Below are positions 49,337-63,260 of a stretch of 64,000 nucleotides of DNA, piece after piece. How positions within the stretch are numbered: the stretch's first letter is position 1; each line of letters begins with the position of its first letter. A program made the position numbers and the translations under genes. The notes below the pieces were generated by a model. The model made no database searches. It was not told the DNA's origin and was given only the letters and a program-made list of their open reading frames with translations. This DNA is from Podarcis vaucheri (lineage: Eukaryota): NCBI GenBank assembly GCA_965113315.1, contig OZ220364.1. One strand, given 5' to 3'.

Positions 49337-50689
49337 TGGCTAAATTATAAGTTCCAAGCTGTTATTTCACATGGGACAAAAGCTGTCATTGCCACCAATG
49401 GCAGCTTCTCTGCATTGCTACATCACAGCTTTGTAGTGCAATTTTTCATTAGGACCACGATGTGGAAGATGCCTCTAATCATGATCACACACACATATAA
49501 CTGCTATTTTTAAAGGGGAAAAACATACAGAAGGACAGATTGGGCATTTAATGTAATATGCAGTCTAGTCCTTGTTCTCTGGGTAATAAAATGACATCTA
49601 CCTCCTTCTGGACCAAAGCAAAATAATTACATATTTTGATACTTTAAAAGTTTCCAAATACTTATGTTGTCTGTGGAAGACAGGGATGGGAAAAGATTTC
49701 TTCTGCCATAGAATGGTGTATTTTCATCAATAAATACCTTATGTGCCTTTGTTCCTAGACCAATTATAACGGAAATAGTTCTAAACTGCATGACTAGCAC
49801 CAAAGTGATGAATTACACAGTTCAGTATATATTACATTAAATGAGAGAGGAACATTATGAAATTTCTTTTTGTAACACTTATTCATGTAATTGGGACATT
49901 AAACGTTGATGAATTTGCCTCTTAGTGTGCTAATTTAATGATGAAATGCTCTAATGAAAATAATCTGTCATATATATTGAGATATACTGGACATGTCAAA
50001 CTCAATTTTTTAAAAAAGAGGATCCAGATGTTCCTGTCAGCCTGTTAGAACATGCATGCCTTGCAGTTTGCATTTCATTGCAACAAATGCAAACTGCGAT
50101 TCGCTATTGAAAGACCCAGGCCTTGCAAGTTGGCCTCTCAATACACTAGAGTGTATGAATAGTCAAGTGTAAATTGCATTTAAACATGTGAGCTACCAGA
50201 AACGGGAGAGATGGAATATGAAAATTATAAATTGAGGTCTCAGGCTGCTCTGTGACGAGCCTAATGCAAATTTAACCTGTCTTCAACGATACTAACACTT
50301 CAGCCTCAGGGAAACCTGATCATCTTGTGCTTAAATGAATGTTGCTGATCTTCCCTGTTGAACTCAACAGTGTTTCCCAGCACATCTATAATAAACAGTA
50401 AAATACACTTCAAGTACATTTCAAGTACATTTTACATGAATGACTTCAGTAAACATGCCAGAGTAGGTGCAAAGCATGAATTCCTAAGAGAAGCGCTCGT
50501 GGGTAACTGACTTCAAAGTCACCACCGTAAGCAATCATTATATTAAAGCGTTATTTCCAGGGTTTCATCAGGTATGAGTCCAGGACTTGCTTCCTTTGAA
50601 ATAAATGCTTTGCTTTACAGAAATGCAAGGGAAGACAGTGATTCTCTGCCACTTCCTTGTGATGTCTTAGCACGGCCGGAGGCCCTTGT

Positions 50690-50731
<42 letters not shown>

Positions 50732-50787
50732 TATATATTATACTGTTATTCTAGTTCATTTTCCTTTGCCAATGCCAGAGGAAGTGC

Positions 50788-51366
50788 TAATAATAATAAT
50801 AATAAATTTTATTTATATCCCGCCCTCCCCAGCCGAAGCCGGGCTCACGGCGGCTAACAACAATAAAACTGTATAAAAGTATAGCATAAACAACACTCTA
50901 AAATCATTCATTATAAAATTAATTAATTCAGGCCACTGGCAACCATTGGGCCAGAGCTCCGCGAAGATTGCCGAGGGAGGGAGTCAGGCTGTGCCCTGGC
51001 CAAAGGCCTGGTGGAACAGCTCTGTCTTGCAGGCCCTGCGGAAAGATGTCAAGTCCCGCAGGGCCCTGGTCTCTTGTGACAGAGTGTTCCACCAGATCGG
51101 AGCCACAGCCGAAAAAGCCCTGGCTCTAGTTGAGGCCAGCCTAACTTCTCTGTGGCCTGGGACCTTCAAGATGTTATTATTTGCAGACCGTAAGTTTCTC
51201 TGTGGGGCATACCAGGAGAGGCGGTCCCGTAGGTATGAGGGTCCTAGGCCGTATAGGGCTTTAAAGTTTAAAACCAGCACCTTAAACCTGATCCTGTACT
51301 CCATCGGGAGCCAGTGCAGCTGGTGTAGCACCGGGTGAGTCTCGCTGCAGCATTCTGCACCCGCTG
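50788..51366 (-). mobile_element. L2 LINE 3' fragment
   Basis: ORF 50984..51376: PVLHQLHWLPMEYRIRFKVLVL..RARAFSAVAPIWWN. (TTA)n tail. Confidence 0.92.
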
Positions 51367-51677
51367 CCGCCAACATCCATTGTCCAAGGACACCACATGG
51401 CTACTACAGAGGTTACTTCCCTGCTCTCCCATTCGTCTTAAGTGATTACCCCTTTGCTATTGAATATTACAAGTGTATTCCATTTCTTGGGTGTGATATA
51501 GAATAGCAAGTCGCTTTGGGCAAGATAAACCGACTAACAAATTTAATAATGAACAACAATGACAATAACCCTTAGGTCAAAATTATCCCATTGTCCTTTC
51601 TTTCTAAGACTCCTTGGTACCTGCTCTTTGGTAGAAACATACCCATTACCTACTCAGCACTTAACAGGAAATCTTAC

Positions 51678-51881
51678 CATCATTTCTCAAGATTAAAGGT
51701 GTAGGAGGTCCCAGCACTCTGTTGTTAGTTACAGTGTTTGTCACTACACAAGTGTAATTCCCCACATCAGATTTCTCCACTTTAGCTATGTACAAATTTC
51801 CAGTCTCCTGAGAAACAAAACGACGATTATCCTGATGCACAAAAGATGGGTATTCATTGAAGATCCAGGCATAGATCAGTT
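51678..51881 (-). CDS. CNTN4: Contactin-4 coding exon, 204 nt, C-terminal part of Ig2
   Basis: Acceptor ccctttcag|, donor G|gtaag. Translates (E)[67 protein letters not shown](G), a contactin sequence with CNTN4-type residues. Phase 1/1. Confidence 0.96.
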
Positions 51882-52901
51882 CTGAAAGGGAAAGGGGGGA
51901 AAGACTATTAATATTAATTTTTTATACAAATACTGCAAAACTATAATCTTGATGATATAATGGAATCACAGAAATGCACAGCCATTTGAAGCAGTTGCCA
52001 TGAGGCCTATGGCCATGTGAATCAACTCTGAGCTAGTCAAAAAATGACCAAAACTTAGCTTAGGTGCTTGAAAAAATTAAAGGTTTAAGACATTTAAAAA
52101 CACAGGAGCCATGGATCAGAAAAAGCCCAACATAGTCCAGTATCTCACAATGACCAACCAGCTCTCTCTACATGCCCTTTCCAGAGGTGCTGGCTGGGCA
52201 AGAAAATGTATCATATATAGTATGAGAATTTCCTGGATCCCAAGATCAAGGTTTGGTTCAAGTACTCTTTGGTGAGAGAACCCCAGCAGAGATTTGAAAT
52301 CACAAAACATGCAGCAAAGTAAATCGTGGGAATATAGGCGGTTAGACCTTTAAAATATGCCCTTTTAAGTTCCTTCCAAAGTTTCCTACTTCCCCTACCA
52401 TAGAAGAAAATTAAACCTTTGGAAAGTTTAAAATGGATTCCTTACAAACTCTTCAAAGGTCAGATTCATGTACTTTTCCATACAGCATCCAGAAAATACG
52501 AGCAACCAAACATAGGTGAAAGTTCTTAAATCATTTGTATACGGACAAGAGGAATGGCTTGCTAGAGACTGTGATGATACCTCTTATTGAATCAAAAGCT
52601 CACAGCTCTTTGCTCCTCTCACCCCAACAGTCAGCCAAACCCACTATTTGTGATATGGATGAGCTCCTGCCACACCTGCACCTTCTCCTGAAATGGATGG
52701 GGTACAGATGCCCCTCTCCTTCCCCCACTCACAATGAGAAGGGGAAATGGCTGGAGTTTGTTCATGGCTGGCTGAGTCTCTTTCTCCAGTTTGATCATCA
52801 GTCCTTCGTCCACCTTCCTTGTTCCCTGGTGCTCCAGAGTCTTGGTACAAGAATTCTCAGAGAAATGTGTGCCTAACAGGCAGTGAAGGGATGTTCTGAT
52901 G

Positions 52902-53230
52902 CAGGGGTGAGCAACCTTTTTCAGCTGTGGGCCAGTCCACTGTCCCTCAGACCATGTGGTGGGCCGGACTATATATATATTTTTTTTTGGGGGGGATGAA
53001 CTAATTCCTATGCCCCACAAATAACCCAGAGATGCATTTTAAAGAAAAGCACACATTCTACTCATGTAAAAATACCAAGCAGGCCCCACAAATAACCCAG
53101 AGATGCATTTTAAATAAAAGCACACATTCTACTCATATAAAAACATGCTGATTCCTGGACCGTCCATGGGCCAGATTGAGAAGGCGATTGGGCCAGATCC
53201 GGCCCCTGGGCCTAAGGTTGCCTACCCCTG
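52902..53230. mobile_element. hAT (Charlie-like) non-autonomous element
   Basis: TIRs CAGGGGTGAGCAACCTT/AAGGTTGCCTACCCCTG and an internal ~71-bp duplication. No clean TSD. Confidence 0.85.
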
Positions 53231-54566
53231 GTCTATAATATCTTTCCCCCTACTTAAGCACTGTTAATGGAGCAAGCAAGATCTCCGCACTGCAAACTAC
53301 AAAGTGTGCGGTTCCAGAATACAGAACAGGTGCAGGATTAATTGCAGAGACCAACCCAACAGACCACACCCACTTTTGAAAGCCAACATCTAAAACATCC
53401 ACCATTTCCCTAAATACACAAATGGAAACTGTTTGCATATATACAGACATCTGTTTAGACAGCATCTATTGACTGCTTGGAAATTTGCATGATTTGGAGA
53501 TAATGTGCCCAGTTCCCTGTGGTTAAAATCTCCATCTGATTCTTCTAGTGAGCTCATCTTCTTGGATTAACAAAATAAACATTATTCAAGGCCTCTCCGC
53601 GCCTCCCCCCCCCGCCCAAATGATATACAGATTTGGTTTTATATACGCTTGAGGGCAAGAGAAAAACAAGCCTGTATAGTAAATGAAGTTGTAATCAACT
53701 GCATTATGACTAATTATATAATACTCCCAAATTTATAGAATATATTTGGAAAATATCCAACAAGGAAAACAAGAATAGTGTTTAGGTTAATTTACTACAA
53801 TCTCATGAATATAAAGCGAATACCCCGAACACCCTGGATAGACTCCGGAAATTAGAGAACAAGAAGATGTTGCCTCTTTATACGAGGAACACTAATTATA
53901 GTGAAAAAGTGTGCTCTTATTTTAATACTCTCTAATGAGTCATCATTGTAATTGACCTCAACTGTTGTGATGCAATTTGCAAATATACTGGGCTCAATCC
54001 AACACAATAATTTCCTGCAGGATCGACCACCATTCATCTCTCTGTCACTTGTGAGAGCCTATTATGTTCTAACGTTCCATTGTTTGCCGACATAAGATAA
54101 AGGCATGTAGATTGTTGGGCTTTTATAGTAACAAAAACCCCACAGGGCTAGAGACCCTCTTCATAGACGTGTTGTTGTTTTTTTGAAAAAAGGATATGAT
54201 AATTATGTTTATGTGGGACTAGCTAATCATTGTATTTACACATGTGCATCTAATTATGAGTAACCCCATGCTGATGTCAAGAGGATACTCAGAGTAAACA
54301 AGGTAACACTTCTCAGCAGGCTTAAATTTTCCAGAAAGTAATTAGCATTTATTTTTTGTTTTAATTTACACTTGCCAAACAATTAACTAGTTTCTCTGTA
54401 ATGCAGGCAGCAGTAAGCAGACATTCCTACTTTCCTACGCACAGGGAGGTTTTTGGTTGTTTTTTTTTAAAGCCTTCATTTAGTCTCCACAGACCCTACA
54501 CTTCTCATCAGAAAACAAGGAAGAATCTGGGAACACAAACCTTCTCAGCAGTGCTAAAACAAGATA

Positions 54567-54797
54567 CCGTATTTTACGCTCTATAAGATGCACCAGACCA
54601 CAAGACGCACCTAGTTTTTGGAGGAGGAAAACAAGGAAAAAAATATTCTGAATCTCAGAAGCGAAAGCAGCGATCCCTCTTGCTGTTCTGGCTTCTGGGA
54701 TAGCTGTGCAGCCTGCATTCGTTCCATAAGACACACAGAACATTTCCCCTTACTTTTTAGGAGGGAAAAAGTGGGTCTTATAGAGCAAAAAATATGG
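54567..54797. mobile_element. TcMar-Tc2-like MITE, same subfamily as 26348
   Basis: TA|CCGTATTTTACGCTCTATAAGA...CTTATAGAGCAAAAAATATGG|TA. Confidence 0.85.
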
Positions 54798-56217
54798 TAA
54801 TTCACAAGCACCTTTCACATGCTTCCCCTGCCGTAAAGGGGAGCTATTCTACTATGGCACAATGCCATGCGGCAGAGGAGTTCCTTTGAAATCTGTGACC
54901 ACATCAGTAGGGTCAAACACATGCCTCTTACCAATGGAACTGGCCTGCTACTGGGATGGAGAGTGATTACTATGTAGGGCCTATGCACCTGGTTCTACAT
55001 AGGCATTTTTTATTCTTCACACATGTACTCCTTCAGTGTTGGGACACACTGCACTGAAATACAACCGGTAAGAGGCAGGGCATTTGGAGGTCGTCACATC
55101 CTGCTTCTGAAATGCAAAATTGAGGCATGGCATTGGCACCACAGTAAACAGGGCGCAAGATACTTGAGGGAGTGGATTTACATGTTCACACTGAGAGCAT
55201 CCCCCATGTGCAGCATAGTGAGTCACTGCCGATCATTGTGCTTTATCACCTCTCATCTACATTTCTGTTTTAGAGTTTTTATCAAGATGATAAAACAAGA
55301 TCGGCTGTAATGGTGACTCAGCGCATGGTGACTGATGCAGGAGGTGATAAGTGCACACACCATATGGATTAACGTTGCAAGAACTTCCTCATGGAAACGC
55401 TTAGTTTTAAGGGTGTTCTTTTAAAAAGAATTGGGGTGGCCATCAATGCTGTCGATTAGAGCAAATCATTCTAAATCTGATGTGACAATCTGAAATTATT
55501 AAAAGAACGTGACTCAGAAATTAACATGCTCACTTTGTGAATAGTGTTGGCCTAACTGAAATTTTACAAATGGTTTTCTTTTGCCTCTGCTACCACAACA
55601 CTGCACTGGTGTGTGTTTTTTTTTAAAAAAAACAATAAACCGAACCAACCAAGTAACCCATCTTATTCTTTTCTAAAACATTATTTTTAAAAATATAGTA
55701 TTTTTAAAAGCATTAGCCCAAAATATTTTCCTCAGTACTGTATACTCTGTACGGAACAAGGGTACCAAAATGATGGCTATTTATATTATTCTATCCATCT
55801 ACAGGAATACAGAAACATATAAGTTACGACTGAAAGCAGTAACAGCAGCATGTAAATATATGCTGCAAAATACTCATTTTGATTTCCTTAGAGATTCCCA
55901 TGTGCTATTTGTGTCTGTTCAAACTTGACGGATTTCTTCTGATAAGGCTTCACATGCTAATTGCTCTGGAAGTGACAGGCAGTTCCTGTCCCATAGGCAA
56001 TTTGTAACAACTGAGTAAACAGACACTTAAAATACAGCATGAAATGGCTTTTGGCTAGTCTGGCGAGCAACTGAAATACTATTAGAACTTATAACAACAA
56101 GGTGTCTGCCAGCGCTGAGGATGCAAGCACAGCAGCAAAGCAATTTATGGCTTTTCAGATAGACAGAGCCAGATGTGAAGTAAAATTTCATGAAAAAATC
56201 TGGGAATTTTAGCCTAA

Positions 56218-56255
<38 letters not shown>

Positions 56256-56994
56256 CAGAAAGGGTGCTTGTTGGAAGTAGCTGTCTCATTCATGAGAGAG
56301 CATTTGTGTATCTTCACAACAACTAGATTAGTTATTCACTCATACAATGTAGCATTCTTGTCATCTATCTGTTAATTTTCCTTACCCTAATCTTTGAACA
56401 TTTATGTGGTATGTATATTTAACTAATCCTTCCTTCTAGTCCTATGTTTTGGAACTCAAATTCTACACGCAAAACTATAATAATTATGGGGAAGAGCCAA
56501 GGCTCACTGCTAGACTGTACCCTTCCATTTACAATATCCCTGGTTCAATCCCTGTAGCCTATAGTTCAATTACTAACAGGTAAACTTCTGGTCTATGGGT
56601 CTAATTTGGGCTCCCCATTTTGTCTGTGATACGGTTTGATCCAAACCACACCTACCTGGCAATCAACTAACAATAAATGATATCAGACACAGGACAGGTA
56701 AACTTTTTAAAATAATAATAATAATAATATTTATTACTTTTCCAACAGTTTAAGCACTAAAGAAAATAAAAAATAAAAAAATGAACAATGATGACCTGAA
56801 GTTGAATGACCTGATGTCATGTGATTAACAGGTGGGCAGCATTGTTTGGATTAGCCCACCAACTCCTGAGCTTAAGGAATGCAACAAGGTGTGGTATGCA
56901 ACAAGGCTAATGAAACCTGCTTAGCCTCAAGATCACTAGGCGACGTTGGGCAGATCATCATTTGCCAAACTGACTTGATATAGGGCATTTGTCT

Positions 56995-57490
56995 GTTCTT
57001 GGTGGGGTTGCACTCTCTCTGAAAGAACAGGCTCATAGTTTGGAGGTGCTCCTGGATCCATCTTTTGTCACTTCAGGCTCAGGTAGCCTCTGTGACTAGG
57101 AATGCCTTTGGTGGCTCCCACAACTATGGCTATTCTTGAATGGGGATAGCCTGGTCAGTGTTTCATGCACTGGTAACCTCAAGACCTGATTACTGTAATG
57201 TGCTCTATGAGGGGTTATTCTTGGTCCAGATGGTGCAAAAGGCTGCAGCTAGGCTGGTGGTAGGGTCAGATTACAGTCAGCACATACCACCAGAGGTTAA
57301 AAGTTTGCACAGGCTGCACATACATTACTGGGCCAAGTTGAAGGTTCTTGTATTAATTGACCTCTTGGACCCAGGATACATTAAAGACAGCCTGATCACT
57401 TATATCTCTGCTCAATCATTAAGATATTCAAGGGAGTCATCGTTGGTGGTCCTCCATGGCTTGCATCCTCCCCAAATCTGCTCTGGAGGT
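56995..57490 (+). mobile_element. Old L2 ORF2 fragment
   Basis: HALVTSRPDYCNVLYEGL..VQKAAARLV..HIPPEVKSLHRLHI. Confidence 0.8.
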
Positions 57491-58329
57491 TGGGGTGAAC
57501 TCCTAGAACAGAATTAAGGGGGATTGGGAGGAAGGAAAGGGGGCAAAAGTCCCACTGTGCTAGTGGTAATCCTTGCACAGACAAGAACCTGACATAGTGC
57601 TATGTTGAATAAAACCCAAATAACTTCCTTTTTCAGCTGTTCACTATCATAGACTTTGCCTAGTGTTTAAACAGAAGTACCTGCTTAACACCTGAATTTT
57701 AATCTGATTACTATTCTAGTTAGTTCTCTACTATCCCATTAATATTTAAATTATCACTTTAACAGTTAATGGGCTGTTTCTCCCTGAACATTGTAGCTGC
57801 ATGAACCAGAAGTGCTTCCCTTCAGCTCCTTCACGGAGCTGCGTAAGCGCAACTTTTCTTCTGTTCACAAGAGCTCCTTCCATTCACAGAACAATGCTGG
57901 ATCCCACCTGATAAAATCATATGGGCAGACTAGAATTTTTCACACACGTGCTGAATGCAGCATGTACTCTTGTGTATGGACATTTCACTGACCAAAGGGA
58001 ATCGGTTTGCCCTAGATACCTCGTTGTGAGTCTTTCTTTACATGCCCTGGGTACTCCGCTAAGCTTCCTGTAACATGAAAAAAGGAAAGCAGATTTTGTC
58101 AAAGAGTTAAACTCTTTGTGCACAAGGTCACAAGGTATTAAAACCTGCTCTAAAGCTCTGGGGCGACAAAGCAGAGATGACACGGATATGAAACATGTTA
58201 AATTCCCTAATGACCCTCAGGCTCTCTGAGGGAAACCTGAACTATCCAAGCATTTGAAATCTGGCGAAGAGGAATGATGGTGACAATGCTATGGATGAAA
58301 CGAAATACAACTCTACAGATTCCTTTGGT

Positions 58330-58490
58330 GAAGGGCTGTAGCTCAATAACAGAGCATCTGCTTTGCAAGGAGAGTTCTCCAGGTTCCATAGCTGCCATCT
58401 CCAGACAGGGCTGGTGAATTCTTCCAGTCTGAAACCCAGGAGAGCCAATGCAGACAATACTGAATTAGACAGGCCATTGATCTGACTCAG
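58330..58490 (+). mobile_element. Squam3-like SINE
   Basis: gaagggctgtagctcaataacagagcatctgctttgca...cagacaatactgaattagacaggcca..tctgactcag. Confidence 0.75.
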
Positions 58491-59137
58491 GCACCATGCA
58501 ATAGCACACTGGCAGTCAGACCGGCTTGGTATCCAGCAGATCATGAGCTGGTACAGTGCCCCCCCCCCCGGAATACCTCCTTTTGGAGCTTTTCTACTTG
58601 GTCCTGCCAGTGCAGATCCCAGCAGCAGGGCTCCTACCACCCCACTCATTCAGCCACTGGTGGTAGGCTGACTAAGCCAGGAGAGCTGGACAGAGGGACA
58701 CCTCAACCTAATATCACCCCACAACCTGGAATATGAGGGGCTTGGATTGCTCTGTAAAACAGGCCACTAAGTAAAATCACATTCTCCGTTAAAAACAAAA
58801 TGAAAGAAAGATGTTTACAATGACTGTCTAAACCACAGTTGTATTTGCCAATGGAGGAAGTTTCACAATTGTGCGGCCACCACTGAAAAGACCTCACTTG
58901 TCTATTGCATCTACCCAACTAAATTCCCTTCCAAGCAAGTCCATGAGAAGCTCCTCTGCAGCTAATTACACTTATCTGGCAAGTTCATAGGCACAGGCTT
59001 TAAGTAATTTGGTCCAACACCATTTAGGACACCATTTAGCTCGGGAAACTTTTCAGTCTAAGACTCAGATTACATCTGAGCTTCCTTGCAATCAAGAGGC
59101 CTGATGCTCAAGGGGGATTAGAATCATACAGATTTAT

Positions 59138-59175
59138 TATACACGTGTGTGTGTGTGCGCGCGCGCGTGTGTGCA
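59138..59175. repeat. Alternating purine-pyrimidine (GT)n(GC)n(GT)n tract
   Basis: tatacacgtgtgtgtgtgtgcgcgcgcgcgtgtgtgca. Confidence 0.9.
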
Positions 59176-60706
59176 ATGATATTCTAAAGGACCACTTTAA
59201 GGACCGACACTATTAAATAAATTAAAGATTTCTCTCTTATCTTTGCTTCTTCCCTTTGAGTCTAACTTTCTCACTGAGCACCCGCTCCTTTTTATAAATC
59301 TTATACCCAAACATGGTACAAAGACAGGTATAGATTTGGTTGGCTGTAGCAACTTAGATTTCATCATTTTTAAAATTAAAAGATGAAAATCTGCATTCAG
59401 TTGAATGTAGGGCCTCTGAATATACTCCTCAAACAGTAACTGCAGCATATTTCTGCATAAATTGAAGTTTCTATTTTAAAGAAAGTAAATCTGAATTCTG
59501 AAACAACTGGTTTCACTTGTGACATGCAATGAATGGAGAAGGAAATATCTAACCTAAGATATAATTTTAAATAGATGGTTTGTCACAGTAATGTTCTCAG
59601 ATACTTGTGAGTCTCTTATATTCTTTGACTATTCTTTCTTAACAAAACTAGTTCACACATGGGGTGGTACTCAGCTATATTTTCCTCAGAATAGATCGGC
59701 TGAAATTAATTAACATTACTAAGCTACGTCTACTCTGAGTAAAACTTAGTTGAATACCACCTGTGTACTCTTTCCCCACTGTTTTATAACATGTAGTAAA
59801 ATAACACATTTTCCATAAAACTAAGCAAATTTAAAAGGACTGTGATGATATGAAAAGCTATTAAAACACCATGATTAAATTCACTATAAAGCTAAATGGA
59901 AGACTCAAAATGTAAAAATTAATACCACCAACAAAAATGGGACACTCATAACTTTTATTAAAAATGGAATATTGCAATATGCAATTTTGGGTTTTACAAG
60001 GTCTCTTGAAGCAAAAAAGATAAATCAGCTCATTAATAACACCTTCAATCTGTAGTTTATCATCCCTCAGTATTTTACCCCCAGTGAGTGGGGGAAAAAT
60101 GATACCCTCTTAAACTGAGAAAGTTTTAGCTTTATAAAATATGAAATGTTAAGATGAAGCATAGAAAAACCATAGATGTAAATCAGTCAACCCTATTCTG
60201 TACCTGCCAATCATCAGTCTTGAATAATACCTGATTGCCTTAAGTGTGCAGAGGCTACTTTTTCTCCTTTCTCCCTTTGTCTATAATACAAAAGGAATTT
60301 GTTCTGCAATGCCAGGTCCTAGAAGGCCCAGTGCTGTTGAAATATTTTATTAATTTATGATATGAATAACCATGGACTGAAAAAAGATAAATACCCTCTC
60401 ACAGATTTGTTCTAAGAACAAGGTTGGGAGGTTTGTTCTGTATCACCCAACCATATATGGGCTTCCCCAAGGAGTACGGATGGTTGCAACTTCAAAACTG
60501 TACTGACAACACAGCAACTTCTGTTTATGGAATACATAAAAAAGCCAGCCTGCTTCTTATACACACCTATTGTAGCACTGCTGCAGAAAAATAGTTTCAA
60601 GGCTTGCCATGGCAAAATCTCTGAAGATTCTAAACAGGCATACAATGCTTTGAGTATACAGCTTCAGCGCTCAGGGACTTTACTTGAGGATTTCTTCCTC
60701 CAGGAC

Positions 60707-61041
60707 TGTCAGTATTTCATTCTCTCATTGATGGATCATGTGATCCTTATTTACATTCCATACTTCTGGAAGGGGGGGACCGAAACTCAGACAAGAGAAC
60801 TTCCGTTCTGTGTGCTTTTGTTTTTCTGCCCTTTGTTCTCTGCTTTTGGACAGAGAAGACGTGTGTGAGAGACACTGCTCACACCAGCCATGTTTTGTTG
60901 TTTTGATTTGCTGTAAATTAATAAATTTTGTGATGCCACATGCCTACACAGCCTTTCTTCTTGCGTAACTCTGCTCAGTGTGCATACAGCTCCACTGGAT
61001 GTATGTCACAGTTCTCCTGCGTACAGGGGATTGTACGCACA
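60707..61041 (+). mobile_element. Solo LTR
   Basis: TG...CA with internal AATAAA and a perfect 5-bp TSD AGGAC (60702-60706 and 61042-61046). Confidence 0.8.
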
Positions 61042-61046
61042 AGGAC

Positions 61047-61215
61047 TAGATATCAACCTGCACTGAGGGTTTGAGACCCAACAGCTACCCTCACCTAGTT
61101 TAGCTGGCAAGTCGAAGCTGTTCGCAAGGTGTGGCTACTATCACATGCTGACAGCTTCTAGGAGCCACAGGTGAGAGCTAAGTGCAGGGTGGGGACCAAG
61201 GGTGACAAACTATCC
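61047..61215 (-). mobile_element. RTE-type LINE 5' region remnant
   Basis: Reverse strand ctaaactaggtgagggtagctgttgggtctcaaaccctc resembles the RTE 5' UTR as I recall it. It continues on the other side of the LTR. Confidence 0.5.
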
Positions 61216-63260
61216 CAGAAGGAGCAGAACGTGTCCCCCACCAGAAGTACTACCCCTCCTCTTAACTCCCACAATAGGAGAGAAAATATTTACGCTCCAG
61301 GGATGGTGCAGATAATGAACGGTCGGAGGATCCAAGTTTCCACCCAATCCACCACAACTTGCCTCTTTTCACACCGTGCCACTGCCAGAGCTTTAGGCCC
61401 CTGTAACAAGTATGCCATTGGTATCACAACAGATAGGAGAGCCCACTAGAGTAGACAAGTCAATTATTTGGGCGTTTGGCAACAGAGGGACTCCATGTCA
61501 CTAAGTTGCCACACATGGAGTCCTCTCTTAAACTTCATAGCCATTGTGATGGCAAAACTAAGTCTCAGCACACACCTTTCTTTTGGAGATAAACTGAAAT
61601 GTTTGATTTAAAGGATCAACTTCCCCTTCACTAGCTCTGTTAAATTCTGCTTCTTCGGACCTCTGAACCTCCCCAGCTTCACAGTACTTGGAGAGCAGAT
61701 GGAGTTTTGACAGGTATTTAAAGCTATATACTCCAACAGCTTCTTGGGAGGTGTGCTTCACTTAAATCAGCATGGACGGAAAATAAGGTCTACATAAAGG
61801 ATTCCTTGTAGACACTCCAGATGGAGGCATGGGAAAGAAGACTGGTTATAAGGTATTCATTTTCTTCTCTCATATTATCTATTATTAATGGAATAGAAGC
61901 AGATTTTGCAAGTTTCCTTTGATCACTATGGATGAAGGAGCAAGGACACAAGTAAATTTATGGAGTTGCTGGTTATCTTTACCTTCCAACGATTTTCCTG
62001 AAATGGAGGGGGAAGAATTCATAGCTAAAACGTCAGTGTTTTGTTACAACATTTCCTTGCAGTGTTTAGTGTCCTAGATTAATAGTCCGGGGACGGGGGG
62101 CCACTTGTCCCACCTCCCCAAGTTAACACTGTTGTTGCTCTTGTTTGCTTTAAGCAACATAATTGTTGTGATTACAGTTGATAAGAGCGTAACTCTCTTT
62201 GTGTAGACAGATATGCGCAGCACCTCTATTGCCGTGCACCATAGGCAGTGGACATATAACAGCATTTGCCCTGATTAAGTGATGATTTCTACACTGTAGG
62301 AACCACATAAAAATGTATTACTGCTATCCACATTACAAAACACATGGCAGGTTGTGATAGAGCACCATGCACTGTGCAGCAGGCTGTCAGGACAATGCCT
62401 CAAGGAGGCCAAATCGAACAGACCAGTGCTAGATTTATATTCAAATCTTCCAGCCATGGAGAATGGAAGACAGTCTCTTAGCACTGTATTTAATGCATCT
62501 ACTTGTAAATTTCCATAGTAATTTCCATGGAGACTTACCTAACAAACTAAAAGGAGCTGGAATTTTGCCTGCATTCCCTAGCAGCAACGGGACATATTGT
62601 ATACATTCTAGACAGCTTTCATAGCATTCACTTTTCCCCCCTCTCTGTCAAGTGCTGCTATTCTTCACTTTTATATCCTTACACCACAATCCATTTTGTT
62701 AGAGTATTAAAAAAGAGGGAGAGAGAGAGAAAGAAGTGACAAGGGGCCCAAAGCACAATGAAATAACTATCTGTCAACTTTCAGGCATTTGCAAAAAAAA
62801 AAAAAAAAAAAAAGTCTACGAAACTACATCCTCCCAAATAGTCCCACTAAAGTCCTAGACTGCATCAAGTTACACCATCAAAATCATTACAACAGCATAT
62901 AAAACAAGGGTAGGCATAGATCTCTGGGCGATCTGCAGTAGAATGGCAATGGCTTCTGACTACCAGGTTTTTATAGCAACAGCAACAACATAATGACTCA
63001 CCACACAAATTATACTTGGGGAATAACTGAGCTAGGATATAAGGGTTCGTGAGATCCCTAAGGTAGCTTGGATCTAAGTCAGGGCTTTGTATATGAATAC
63101 AAGGACCCTGGAACTTCGCTAAACTTAGGGTTTTGGCAGGTATTTATGGGAGAAGACAATCTTCCAGGTAACCTGGCCCCAAGCTGTTTCGGAAGTGGCC
63201 ACGTATCTGTTCAGAAATTCAAGCAGCACGATCATGTCTAAAGATGCAATTCTAAAAATA

